Below, one piece after another: positions 9,222 through 18,271 of a stretch of DNA of 64,000 nucleotides (positions are counted from its first letter, which is position 1; the number at the start of each line of letters is the position of its first letter). Origin of the DNA: Gammaproteobacteria bacterium (GTDB taxonomy: Bacteria; Pseudomonadota; Gammaproteobacteria; Pseudomonadales; Pseudohongiellaceae); the NCBI GenBank assembly GCA_030831125.1, contig JAURLQ010000024.1, forward strand, positions 13,280 through 77,279, in the 5' to 3' direction. The notes beneath the pieces were generated by a model. It saw nothing but the letters and a program-made list of their open reading frames with translations, had not been told where the DNA came from and made no database searches. Position numbers and translations under genes: made by a program.

Positions 9222-11024
9222 ATGAGCCCCGTATCGCCTGCTGTCAGTCTTCTCAAACCTGCCCCCGGACATGATCGCCCTGTTGAGCTCAGGAGTTTTC
9301 TGGATCTCCTGGCTGCCGATGGCCACATTACCCGGGAAGATCTTGAAAGACTGGTTGATAACCGCCGCGGTGCAGCGCTGCAGAAGAAAAACGTGCTGCT
9401 TTACATTGCAGAGCAGAATCTTGAAGACAGACTCAATCCGGGAAAGGTGCTTGATCTCGACTGGCTTACGCGCAAACTCGCACAATACAGCGGTCAGCCG
9501 CATTTCCGCATCGACCCCTTGGGCATGGATGCTGCGAAGGTAACGGAAGTGATGTCCTATGCCTTCACCCGGCGTCACGGAATCATGTCAGTTGAGGTCA
9601 ATGAAAACGAAGTGGTCATTGCCTCGGCAGAACCTTTTGTCAGTTCCTGGGAGTCCGGGTTGTCACAGGTGCTGCGCAAACCGATCAAGCGGGTTGTTGC
9701 CAATCCTCTGGAGCTGGAAAGACTGGCGAAAGAGCTTTATCGACTTTCAACTTCCATCAATTACGCCTCATTCAAAGGCAGCAACAAGGCGCCCGGACTG
9801 GGCAACCTTGAACAGATGCTGGAGCTTGGCAAAGGCAGGGATGTGGAAGCCAATGACCAGCATGTTGTGAATATTGTGGACTGGCTGCTCCAGTACGCTT
9901 TTGAGCAAAGAGCCAGCGATATCCATGTAGAACCAAGACGGGATATCGGCAACGTACGCTTCCGGATAGATGGGGTTCTGTATACGGTTTACCAGATTCC
10001 CATGCAGGTACTTTCAGCTGTTACCAGTCGCATCAAGTCACTCGCACGCATGAATGTGGCCGAAAAGCGGAGGCCCCAGGATGGTCGCATGAAAACCAGA
10101 GGGGCCGAAGGAACAGAAGTGGAACTGCGGCTTTCCACAATGCCAACTGCCTTCGGTGAAAAACTGGTCATGCGGATCTTTGACCCGGATCTGCTCCTCA
10201 AATCCTTCAGTGAGCTGGGATTCGGCAAGGATGACCAGCAGCGCTGGGAACAGATGATCCGGCAGAAGCACGGCATAGTGCTGATTACCGGACCAACCGG
10301 TAGTGGCAAGACCACGACGCTGTATTCCACTCTTGGTACGCTGGCCACGCGGGAAGTGAATGTCTGTACCATTGAGGATCCAATCGAAATGGTTGAGCCT
10401 CGCTTCAACCAGATGCAAGTGCAGGAAAATATAGATCTGACTTTTGCCAGCGGTGTGAAGGCCTTGCTGCGTCAGGACCCTGACATCATCATGATTGGCG
10501 AAATCAGGAATCTGGAAACAGCTGAAATTGCCATTCAGGCCGCTCTTACTGGCCATCTGGTGTTTTCTTCTCTGCATACCAATGATGCGCCCAGTGCGAT
10601 TACCAGATTACTGGAGCTTGGTGTACCTGCATATCTGGTCAAGGCCAGTCTGATAGGAGTGGTTGCACAGAGGCTGGTCAGAATCCTTTGCCCACACTGC
10701 AAGCGGGAAGCAGAAGTAGATGGTGAAATATGGAAGTCGCTCACGGCAAACTGGGAAACCAGCATGCCGGCAAAAGTCTACGAGCCTGCTGGCTGTCCAG
10801 AATGCAGGGAAACCGGTTTCAAGGGCAGGCAGGGTATCTATGAAATTATGCCCTTCAGTGACAGGCTTCAATCCCTCTCTGATGATCCTGGCATGCTTTC
10901 AGAATTGAGAAGGCAGGCATACAGGGAAGGTATGTGCAGTCTCAGGCTCAGTGGCGTAAGGAAAGTTGCAGCGGGGCAGACTTCCATGCTCGAAGTACTG
11001 CGTGTTGCTCCCCAGATAAATTGA
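9222..11024 (+). CDS. GspE/PilB-family type II/IV secretion ATPase (orphan)
   Basis: Walker A 'GPTGSGKTTTLY', Walker B/Asp box 'DPDIIMIGEIRN', His box 'GHLVFSSLHTNDA' and tetracysteine 'CPHC...CPEC'. The N-terminal ~190 aa are T2SSE_N-like ('VVIASAEPF'). Confidence 0.85.
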   Translation: MSPVSPAVSLLKPAPGHDRPVELRSFLDLLAADGHITREDLERLVDNRRGAALQKKNVLLYIAEQNLEDRLNPGKVLDLDWLTRKLAQYSGQPHFRIDPLGMDAAKVTEVMSYAFTRRHGIMSVEVNENEVVIASAEPFVSSWESGLSQVLRKPIKRVVANPLELERLAKELYRLSTSINYASFKGSNKAPGLGNLEQMLELGKGRDVEANDQHVVNIVDWLLQYAFEQRASDIHVEPRRDIGNVRFRIDGVLYTVYQIPMQVLSAVTSRIKSLARMNVAEKRRPQDGRMKTRGAEGTEVELRLSTMPTAFGEKLVMRIFDPDLLLKSFSELGFGKDDQQRWEQMIRQKHGIVLITGPTGSGKTTTLYSTLGTLATREVNVCTIEDPIEMVEPRFNQMQVQENIDLTFASGVKALLRQDPDIIMIGEIRNLETAEIAIQAALTGHLVFSSLHTNDAPSAITRLLELGVPAYLVKASLIGVVAQRLVRILCPHCKREAEVDGEIWKSLTANWETSMPAKVYEPAGCPECRETGFKGRQGIYEIMPFSDRLQSLSDDPGMLSELRRQAYREGMCSLRLSGVRKVAAGQTSMLEVLRVAPQIN

Positions 11025-11055
11025 CCCGGATTGCAGTGTGACTGAAAAGTCGAAA

Positions 11056-12087
11056 ATGAAAATCCTTGTTGTCGGCCCTTCCTGGGTAGGTGACATGGTA
11101 ATGGCCCAGACATTGTTCAAGTGCCTGCACCTGCAAAATAAAAACCTGCAACTGGATGTACTGGCCCCTGTATGGTGTCGCGAGTTGTTGCAGTACATGC
11201 CCGAGGTAAGTCAGGCGCTGCCTTTGCCTTTGTCGCATGGTGAACTTGCCATAGGGAAGCGGCGGGCAATTGCCAGAACCCTGAAAGGCAATCACTACGA
11301 TCAGGCCATCGTGCTGCCCAACTCCTTCAAGTCGGCACTGGTTCCATGGTTTGCTGACATTCCCCTGCGGACTGGTTGGCGGGGTGAAATGCGGGGATGG
11401 CTTCTGAATGATTGCCGAAGGCTTGATAAACAGCGCTATCCTCTGATGGTGCAGCGCTTTGCGGCATTGGCATGGGCTGCAGATGAGCAATTACCCCCAT
11501 CGCTACCTGACCCGGCCCTGACAATATCAGGGAGTGAGGCAGCAAGACTCAGGGAAGGATTCTCGCTCGGATCAGAAAGGCCGGTGCTGGTACTTTGTCC
11601 TGGTGCCGAATTCGGACCGGCCAAACAATGGCCAGAGCAACACTTTGCAACACTTGCTTCCCGTTATCTGCAAGCCGGTATGCAGGTATGGATTATGGGT
11701 TCTGCCAGTGACAGCGCAACAGGTGAAAAAATCCGCAATCTGATAGACAAAGACCTGCTAGAGCACTGCCATTCCCTGTGTGGCAGAACAAGGATCGGAG
11801 AAGCTGTTTGCCTGATGAGCGAGGCAACAGCTGTTGTGAGTAATGACTCGGGATTGATGCATATCGCTGCCGCACTGGGGAGGCCTCTGGTGGTAGTATA
11901 CGGATCAACATCGCCAGCTTTTACGCCACCCCTGTCAGCAGAAGCCAGGACTGTTTCGCTCTCTCTGCCTTGTAGTCCGTGTTTCAAAAGGGAGTGCCCC
12001 TTGCAGCATCTGGACTGTCTGATGAAACTGCTGCCACAACAGGTTGCAGAGCAACTGGATGAACTGCAGGGAATAGTGCGGCCTTGA
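11056..12087 (+). CDS. waaF: ADP-heptose:LPS heptosyltransferase II
   Basis: The N-terminus 'MKILVVGPSWVGDMVMAQTLF' is nearly the E. coli WaaF start. GT9 fold, with 'VVSNDSGLMHIAAA'. Confidence 0.85.
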   Translation: MKILVVGPSWVGDMVMAQTLFKCLHLQNKNLQLDVLAPVWCRELLQYMPEVSQALPLPLSHGELAIGKRRAIARTLKGNHYDQAIVLPNSFKSALVPWFADIPLRTGWRGEMRGWLLNDCRRLDKQRYPLMVQRFAALAWAADEQLPPSLPDPALTISGSEAARLREGFSLGSERPVLVLCPGAEFGPAKQWPEQHFATLASRYLQAGMQVWIMGSASDSATGEKIRNLIDKDLLEHCHSLCGRTRIGEAVCLMSEATAVVSNDSGLMHIAAALGRPLVVVYGSTSPAFTPPLSAEARTVSLSLPCSPCFKRECPLQHLDCLMKLLPQQVAEQLDELQGIVRP

Positions 12088-12115
12088 TAATTGCAGGCAC
12101 CAATCAGGAAAATGC

Positions 12116-13207
12116 ATGAAAGTTTTGATAGTCAAGGTGTCGTCCCTCGGTGACGTGATTCACACCTTGCCGGCTGTAACAGATGCCTATCGCGCCAAGC
12201 GCGATCTGAAGTTTGACTGGGTTGTGGAAGAGGCTTTTACTGAAATTCCGGCCTGGCATCCGGCTGTAGACAAGGTCATCCCTGTTGCATTTCGTCGCTG
12301 GCGAAAAAATCTTGTGAAGACCTGGCGCAATGGCGAATTCCATACATTCAAGAAAGACCTGCAGGAAGAACACTATGATCTTGTGATTGATGCACAAGGC
12401 CTTATCAAGAGCGGGATTATCAGTCGTATTTCAAAAGGCCTGACTGTCGGGCTGAGCAACAACACCATACGCGAGCCCATGGCAACCCTGTTCTACAACG
12501 TGGTCTATACAGTGCCATGGCAACAGCATGCCGTTGAACGCATCCGCGACCTGTTCTCCCGTACTTTCAATTACACATTTGATTACAAGACCTGTGATTA
12601 CGGAATCGGGTCCACGTTCCGGAAAACAGAACAGCAGAGTAACGACAAGTATCTGGTTTTTTTCCATGGTACAACCTGGGAGTCGAAGAAATGGCCGGAT
12701 CAGTACTGGCAGAAACTGGCAGGGCTCGCAGGTGATGCAGGATACAAAGTCAGGATTCTGTGGGGTAATGCGGAAGAACGGGCCAGAGCTGTTTCCATAG
12801 CATCCGTTGCAGACAATGTGGAAGTGCTTGAACCACTCGGGTTAACAGACATTGCCAGGCTGTTGGCCAATGCAGCAGGTGCAGTGGCAGTGGATACAGG
12901 ACTTGGTCATCTTGCTGCGGCATTATCTGTGCCGACAGTATCCCTTTACGGAGCCTCAAATCCTGATCTCACCGGGACCTATGGGAGGAGGCAGCTTCAC
13001 CTCAAATCCACCCTGTCATGTGCCCCCTGCATGAACAAGCAATGCAGCTATCAGGGCGAACCATTGCTGGATGAATTCAGTGGGGAAAGTTTCAGGGTCA
13101 ATCCTCCCTGCTACCACAACAACTCTCCCGGGCAGGTGTGGAACAGTCTGCAAGGGCTCATGAAGGGACAGAGTGGTACGTTGGACAATCTGTTCTACCC
13201 GGGTTAG
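12116..13207 (+). CDS. waaC: ADP-heptose:LPS heptosyltransferase I
   Basis: 'MKVLIVKVSSLGDVIHTLPAVTD' and GT9 'VAVDTGLGHLAAAL'. It directly follows waaF. Confidence 0.85.
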   Translation: MKVLIVKVSSLGDVIHTLPAVTDAYRAKRDLKFDWVVEEAFTEIPAWHPAVDKVIPVAFRRWRKNLVKTWRNGEFHTFKKDLQEEHYDLVIDAQGLIKSGIISRISKGLTVGLSNNTIREPMATLFYNVVYTVPWQQHAVERIRDLFSRTFNYTFDYKTCDYGIGSTFRKTEQQSNDKYLVFFHGTTWESKKWPDQYWQKLAGLAGDAGYKVRILWGNAEERARAVSIASVADNVEVLEPLGLTDIARLLANAAGAVAVDTGLGHLAAALSVPTVSLYGASNPDLTGTYGRRQLHLKSTLSCAPCMNKQCSYQGEPLLDEFSGESFRVNPPCYHNNSPGQVWNSLQGLMKGQSGTLDNLFYPG

Positions 13208-13209
13208 AT

Positions 13210-14331
13210 ATGGAACTCGCCTTTGTCCTGTTCAACTGGTTTCCATTCGGTGGCCTGCAGCGCGATCTGGTAAAGGTGATAAATGCTTGTAAGGGCAGGG
13301 CTCAAATCAGTGTTTTCTGTATGGAGTGGCAAGGCCCCCGTCCAGATGGCGTTGATGTCAATGTAGTCTGTGGTGAGGGCCGCAAGGGAAGCTGGGCGCG
13401 TCAGGCTTTTGTTGATCATGTGCAGGAAAATGTAGTCGGGCATTACGACTGTGTTGTTGGCTTCAACAGAATGCCTGGCCTGGATTTCTATTTCGCTGCT
13501 GATACCTGCTTTGCCTACAGGGCATTGCATGAACGCGGTTGGTGGTACCGGCAAACACCAAGGGCCCGCCAGTACATGAAGTTCGAGGAAGCAGTATTCA
13601 GTCCGGGGTCAAAAACAGTAATTCTTTTGCTGAGTCCGCAACAACGTCTGCAATACCAGCAGATTTACCATACAGAAGATGCACGCCTGATCGATTTGCC
13701 TCCAGGTATCAATCGTATACATATGGCACCTGACAATGCCCGGCAGATCAGGGATGAATTCAGGGCAGAATTCGGCATTGGTGATAATGACCTGCTGGTA
13801 TTACAGGTTGGCTCAAGCTTCAACACCAAGGGGCTCGATCGGTCATTGCGGGCTATTGCATCTTTGCCTGCCGGGCTCAACAGTCGTCTCAAATTTTTCA
13901 TGCTAGGCCAGGACAAGCCCGATAACTGGCTGAAATTGGCTACATCGTTGGGTCTGCAGGAAAAATTCAGGATATTTTCTTCCCGTGATGACATAACCCG
14001 GTTCATGCAGGGTGCTGATGTGCTGGTGCATCCCTCCAGACAGGAAAGTGCCGGCATGGTAATTCTGGAAGCTGTCGTGGCAGGTTTACCGGTGCTGACA
14101 ACCGCCAATTGTGGTTATGCATTCCATGTGGAGAAAAGCGGTGCTGGCCTTGTGTGCGCTGAACCTTTCAGCCAGGAGCAATTCTCCGTGTATTTACAAG
14201 GCATGCTGGAGAGTGACAGAAGTGCATGGAAAGCTGCGGGTATAGACTATGGCAGAAGCCATGACCTTTATTCTCTGCCCGCTGTAGTGGCAGATATCAT
14301 TCTGGGGGAAAGTGGTGCCAGGGCAAGTTGA
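13210..14331 (+). CDS. waaG: GT4 LPS core glycosyltransferase (WaaG-like)
   Basis: 'FNWFPFGGLQRD' N-terminus like WaaG, and a GT4 E-x7-E region 'SRQESAGMVILEAVVAGLPVLTT'. ATG 13210 lies just after the waaC stop. Confidence 0.7.
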   Translation: MELAFVLFNWFPFGGLQRDLVKVINACKGRAQISVFCMEWQGPRPDGVDVNVVCGEGRKGSWARQAFVDHVQENVVGHYDCVVGFNRMPGLDFYFAADTCFAYRALHERGWWYRQTPRARQYMKFEEAVFSPGSKTVILLLSPQQRLQYQQIYHTEDARLIDLPPGINRIHMAPDNARQIRDEFRAEFGIGDNDLLVLQVGSSFNTKGLDRSLRAIASLPAGLNSRLKFFMLGQDKPDNWLKLATSLGLQEKFRIFSSRDDITRFMQGADVLVHPSRQESAGMVILEAVVAGLPVLTTANCGYAFHVEKSGAGLVCAEPFSQEQFSVYLQGMLESDRSAWKAAGIDYGRSHDLYSLPAVVADIILGESGARAS

Positions 14332-15085
14332 GCTCGGAAAAGTCTTCACTTCGCTGTGGAATGGCCGTGATGCTTTTGCCGCAGCTGCCAGAGTGGAAGG
14401 AAAAGTGTACCGGGCACTGGAGCAAAGACAGACGCTGGCTTTCGAGGTTGATGGCAAAGTCTATTTTATCAAGCGTCACAAAGGTGTGACGCTGGCAGAA
14501 ATAGCAAAGAACCTCATTCAGCTGCGACTCCCTGTTGTGAGCGCCAAAAATGAAATGGTGGCACTGAAATGCCTGCATGATCTGGGTATACGAGTTCCTG
14601 TAATTGCTGCATACGGCAAAAGGGGATGGCAGCCTTCACAGCTGGAATCTTTTCTGGTGACTGAAGATGTTGGCCCACATGTCACACTGGAGGATTACTG
14701 TCGTGACTGGATTTGCAACCCGCCATCATTCAGGCACAAACTGGACCTGCTGGGCAAGGTGGCCAGGATCAGCAGGATCATGCACGGTGCCGGTATCTGT
14801 CACCGCGATTTCTATATCTGCCATTTCCTGTTGATGGATGATGGAGAACTGACTCTGATTGATCTGCACCGGGCGCTGAAAAAAAACCGACTCGCAACAA
14901 GATGGATAATCAAGGATCTGGCCGGATTGCGCTTCTCATCCATGGATATCGGGCTGAACAAGCGTGATCTGCTCAGGTTTGCAAGAATGTATCGTGGTTT
15001 GCCGCTCAGAAAAGTTTTGGCAGAGGAGGCCGGTTTCTGGCAGGCGGTTGAAAAACGTGCGCAAAAACTCTACAAAAATCCCTGA
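14312..15085 (+). CDS. waaP: LPS core heptose(I) kinase
   Basis: It aligns by eye to E. coli WaaP: 'VELGKVFTSLWNGRDAF', 'YFIKRH', and the catalytic loop 'HRDFYICHFLL'. Confidence 0.8.
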   Translation: MVPGQVELGKVFTSLWNGRDAFAAAARVEGKVYRALEQRQTLAFEVDGKVYFIKRHKGVTLAEIAKNLIQLRLPVVSAKNEMVALKCLHDLGIRVPVIAAYGKRGWQPSQLESFLVTEDVGPHVTLEDYCRDWICNPPSFRHKLDLLGKVARISRIMHGAGICHRDFYICHFLLMDDGELTLIDLHRALKKNRLATRWIIKDLAGLRFSSMDIGLNKRDLLRFARMYRGLPLRKVLAEEAGFWQAVEKRAQKLYKNP

Positions 15086-15109
15086 ATCTTTCGATAGCAC
15101 TGCTGTGCG

Positions 15110-16594
15110 CTATCTCCGATAAATCCTGATTTCATCTGCTCTTGTATTGGAAAATGTCATCAGCAGCTCCAGGTTGCTGTCTGCCGTCAGACGCTCTTTC
15201 CATTCCTGTTGGTCATGTTTGAGATCAAGCGCGAGATAATCCCCGGATGCAAGCTCCTGGAGTGTTGTTTCCACATCACGGGAGATACGGTCGTATTCCT
15301 CCACAAGACCGCTGCCATACGCGACGGCAAAATTGTTGGTATGCAATCTGCTGTCGGCAGGTATGTTGCTGCGGGTCCAGGCAATGGATTCATCAATATA
15401 GTTGGTTGAATAGCCGAAGCTGAACAGACTGTCGACCATAAAATAGAAAACAATACAGCTCAAAGCTGCTCTGAACTGCTGAACTTTCCCTTTTGCTTGG
15501 GCAAGATCAGTGAGCTTCTGGAGCAGGGCAGGAATCTGCGTGAGCAAGAGCAGGCTCAGTAATGTGGCATAACGTTGGGTAAGAAATTGCATGACGACAA
15601 TGAACAGGAACAAAGCCAGGGCCGAGAATGCCATATAGAGCAGTAATGGCTTGCAGCTGCAGGCACTGGCCCTGAATCCGTCATGGTAGTAGCTCCAGAG
15701 TATGAGCGCTGTCAGGGGTATACCGAGAGCATTGACCAGATTTGCAAACAGGCTCCACACATAGGCAAACAGCACGATGACCAGGCCATGCGCAGTGTTG
15801 TCTTTGCCCGGAAAATTGCCGGGTGAAAAAAGTGCATCGAGAGTTTCACTGCTTGTTTCTTCCAGCAGTGTCCCAAGATCGTAAAGTAGTGGCAGATAGT
15901 AGCGATAGGCAAAGCGAATCAACTCAGGCAGGTTAACCTGCAGAATAAGGGACAGCAGCATAACCAGCAGCAAGCCGCCACCCAGTATCATCCACAGCTT
16001 CAAGCCCTTGCTGATAGAGCGGGGTGTGAGAAGAAACACCACCACTGCAAGCAGAAGAATGCCTTCAAGCCTGAAGAATATTGCTGCCAGCAAGGCAGTG
16101 CACCAACCAATTCCCGAGAGAGTGTTACCGTCCCTGCAGAATCTGATCAGCTGTTGCAGGCTCAGCAAGGCAAAACCCCAGAATGCAAAATCCCGTATCA
16201 GCATGAAACGCATTTCATTGATCAGCGGGAAACAAAGCACTGTCAATGCGGCAAAAAAGCCGATCAGAGGACCTTCATGCAGATCCAGGCACAAACGAAT
16301 GAACGAGGTGGTAAGCAGAATGTAGGCAAGGGCATTGAGGATGTATGCGCTGCCAAGCAGGTCTGTCGGCAGCAACCGGTCCACAAGTGCAATGAGAACG
16401 GCATAGCCATACCAGCCGTATTCATCCAGCACAGGTTGCATGCCGCTGGAATTGAAAATTTCTGCAGCCCTGAGATAGCTGAAAGCGTCATTGTTCAGCA
16501 GGGGGTGAGAGATGACAGCCCAGGCCGATAAAAGGACAGAAACAATTGCGGCAACTGCTAGCACGTTTCTGCTGTTCTGGATTGCTGTAGTCAT
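15110..16594 (-). CDS. Polytopic inner-membrane protein, possibly GT-C (ArnT/PMT-like) glycosyltransferase, with C-terminal soluble domain
   Basis: 494 aa with about 11-12 hydrophobic helices. The first loop 'NNDAFSYLRAAEIF' resembles GT-C loop motifs. The ATG overlaps the upstream lpxL-like stop (ATGA). The function call is weak. Confidence 0.4.
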   Translation of the reverse strand: MTTAIQNSRNVLAVAAIVSVLLSAWAVISHPLLNNDAFSYLRAAEIFNSSGMQPVLDEYGWYGYAVLIALVDRLLPTDLLGSAYILNALAYILLTTSFIRLCLDLHEGPLIGFFAALTVLCFPLINEMRFMLIRDFAFWGFALLSLQQLIRFCRDGNTLSGIGWCTALLAAIFFRLEGILLLAVVVFLLTPRSISKGLKLWMILGGGLLLVMLLSLILQVNLPELIRFAYRYYLPLLYDLGTLLEETSSETLDALFSPGNFPGKDNTAHGLVIVLFAYVWSLFANLVNALGIPLTALILWSYYHDGFRASACSCKPLLLYMAFSALALFLFIVVMQFLTQRYATLLSLLLLTQIPALLQKLTDLAQAKGKVQQFRAALSCIVFYFMVDSLFSFGYSTNYIDESIAWTRSNIPADSRLHTNNFAVAYGSGLVEEYDRISRDVETTLQELASGDYLALDLKHDQQEWKERLTADSNLELLMTFSNTRADEIRIYRR

Positions 16595-18144
16595 GGTTGT
16601 GAGTGCTGACCGTTCCGGGAGGCATTGTCTGCAAGCATACCGCTTTGGGCAAGTCGCTGTTCTAGAATTGCTGCTGTACTGGTATTGCAGTGTTTCAGAT
16701 AGCTGGCTGGTAAAAGTTCACTGGATGAAGTTGCGAACGACAGGATGTCGGAAATTCTGCTGTTGATATCAACAGGTGCGCTGCGCAGTTGCAAGGCAAG
16801 TGGGTTGCCGATGGCCAGTCCACTGCGGGTTTGTATCAGCTCGGCATCCTGTGGCTTGAGGAAGGTGAAGCCGCATTCATGCAGTTTGAAAAGCAGATCG
16901 GCACAAAGCAGACCGTCGACAAGCTTCCCGGCCAGTGTTTCTCCTTCCGGTATGTAGCAGGTAACGCCGGTTTCATTGCGGAAGGCAAAACGAAAAATGT
17001 TGTCAACCGTAATGGTAGAGAAGTTACCTGCACGCAGTTTCTTGCTAAGTCTGTCGAGGGCAAGAGCGGGGTGTCTGGAGAACAAACCGGAAGCCATACC
17101 TGTAAACAGTCTCAATTGCAGTCCGCTGGACAGTTGCATCCGGCCATCAGGGAGAGACTGCGCCCCGCTGGTGAGTAATGCAAACTGGCTTTCACTGAGT
17201 TTCCTGTTGGGAGTCCTGATCATTATGTAGGGACTCTGGGGTTTGCCGCCCGGTTGTGTCTTGAAACGCTTGTGCATCCACAGATACTGCGCAGGATCGA
17301 AGCGGATACAGCTTTCCAGTGTCTGATTTATGAGGGCAGCATCTTTTTCGTCATCACCACTGGGCCAGGAATCACTTGCAGGAATGAACTCCATGTCATA
17401 GGCCTTGCGGTTAGCCAGCCTGTGATGGCGCACGAACAACACAGGGGAGCCATTGAAGGCTGCAAAACGGCTGGCCGCCGTGATCGTGGCTGCCCGATTG
17501 CCGAAAAACGGGGCATAGGTGGATTGCTCTGGCCCATAGTCCTGGTCAGGGGCATACCACAGGGTTTTGCCCTGTTTGAGATGTCTGAATGCGCCCCTGA
17601 TGTCTGCCCGGTCAAAAACCCCGTTACAGTTCTTCAGACGTCCCCGAAGCATGAAGGCATCAAACAGTGGATTCTTGTGAGCCCGATAGGTCGCCGCAAA
17701 TGGATAGAAAGAAGACAGCAGGTTGGCACAGAAATCGAGCGTTGAATAATGTGCGCCCAGCAGCAGCACGCCTCGCCCCTGGGCAATTGCAGCATCCATG
17801 TGCTCACAGCCCTTGATACTCACCAGTTTGTGGAAGTGACTGGCAGGCCTGATCCAGCCACAGGCTGTCTCAATCAGCCCTCGGCTGTTTTCAATGAAGC
17901 AGCGAAGCACCAGTTCATGTTGTGCCTGGCTGTCGAGCTCAGGAAAACACATACCGATGTTGACGCTTGTAATGTAGCGTCTTTCCCTGGCCAGCAGCCA
18001 TGAAAGTCTTCCCATCATGCTGCCGCAGAGCATACGAAGCCGGAAGGGAAGCCAGGCCAATACGCACAGTCCGGCAATGCCAATCCAGGTAGGCCAGAAA
18101 CGGAGAGCCAGAAATGAACCCAGCGGTGGTGCAGACTTTGCCAC
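16591..18144 (-). CDS. Lipid A (Kdo2-lipid IVA) secondary acyltransferase LpxL/HtrB-like, fused to an unknown ~200-aa C-terminal domain
   Basis: Residues 1-~310 carry an N-terminal TM anchor, the H-x4-D acyltransferase motif 'GAHYSTLDF', and 'YAPDQDYG' and 'QYLWMHKRFKT', all typical of LpxL/LpxM. About 200 further residues have no motif I recognise. Confidence 0.75.
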   Translation of the reverse strand: MAKSAPPLGSFLALRFWPTWIGIAGLCVLAWLPFRLRMLCGSMMGRLSWLLARERRYITSVNIGMCFPELDSQAQHELVLRCFIENSRGLIETACGWIRPASHFHKLVSIKGCEHMDAAIAQGRGVLLLGAHYSTLDFCANLLSSFYPFAATYRAHKNPLFDAFMLRGRLKNCNGVFDRADIRGAFRHLKQGKTLWYAPDQDYGPEQSTYAPFFGNRAATITAASRFAAFNGSPVLFVRHHRLANRKAYDMEFIPASDSWPSGDDEKDAALINQTLESCIRFDPAQYLWMHKRFKTQPGGKPQSPYIMIRTPNRKLSESQFALLTSGAQSLPDGRMQLSSGLQLRLFTGMASGLFSRHPALALDRLSKKLRAGNFSTITVDNIFRFAFRNETGVTCYIPEGETLAGKLVDGLLCADLLFKLHECGFTFLKPQDAELIQTRSGLAIGNPLALQLRSAPVDINSRISDILSFATSSSELLPASYLKHCNTSTAAILEQRLAQSGMLADNASRNGQHSQP

Positions 18145-18271
18145 TTTTCGATATGTGCCTGAATTTTTGGCAGAATTGTAACAGATGAAAGCGGCGCACC
18201 GAGGCAGTATTCGGGGTTGTCTTCAATGCTGCTGTGCTATGATTAACGCCTTAACAGAAAGCCGGATACAG

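Noticed and set aside
9222-9420. A possible MshEN-type c-di-GMP-binding motif in the N-terminus of the orphan ATPase ('LRSFLDLLAADGHITREDLERLV').
   Set aside because: The spacing does not fit the published RLGxx(L/V/I)(L/V/I)xxG(L/V/I)(L/V/I)xxxxLxxxLxxQ pattern when aligned by eye, as there is an extra residue before the Gly and no terminal Gln. It is left as something to test, not a claim.
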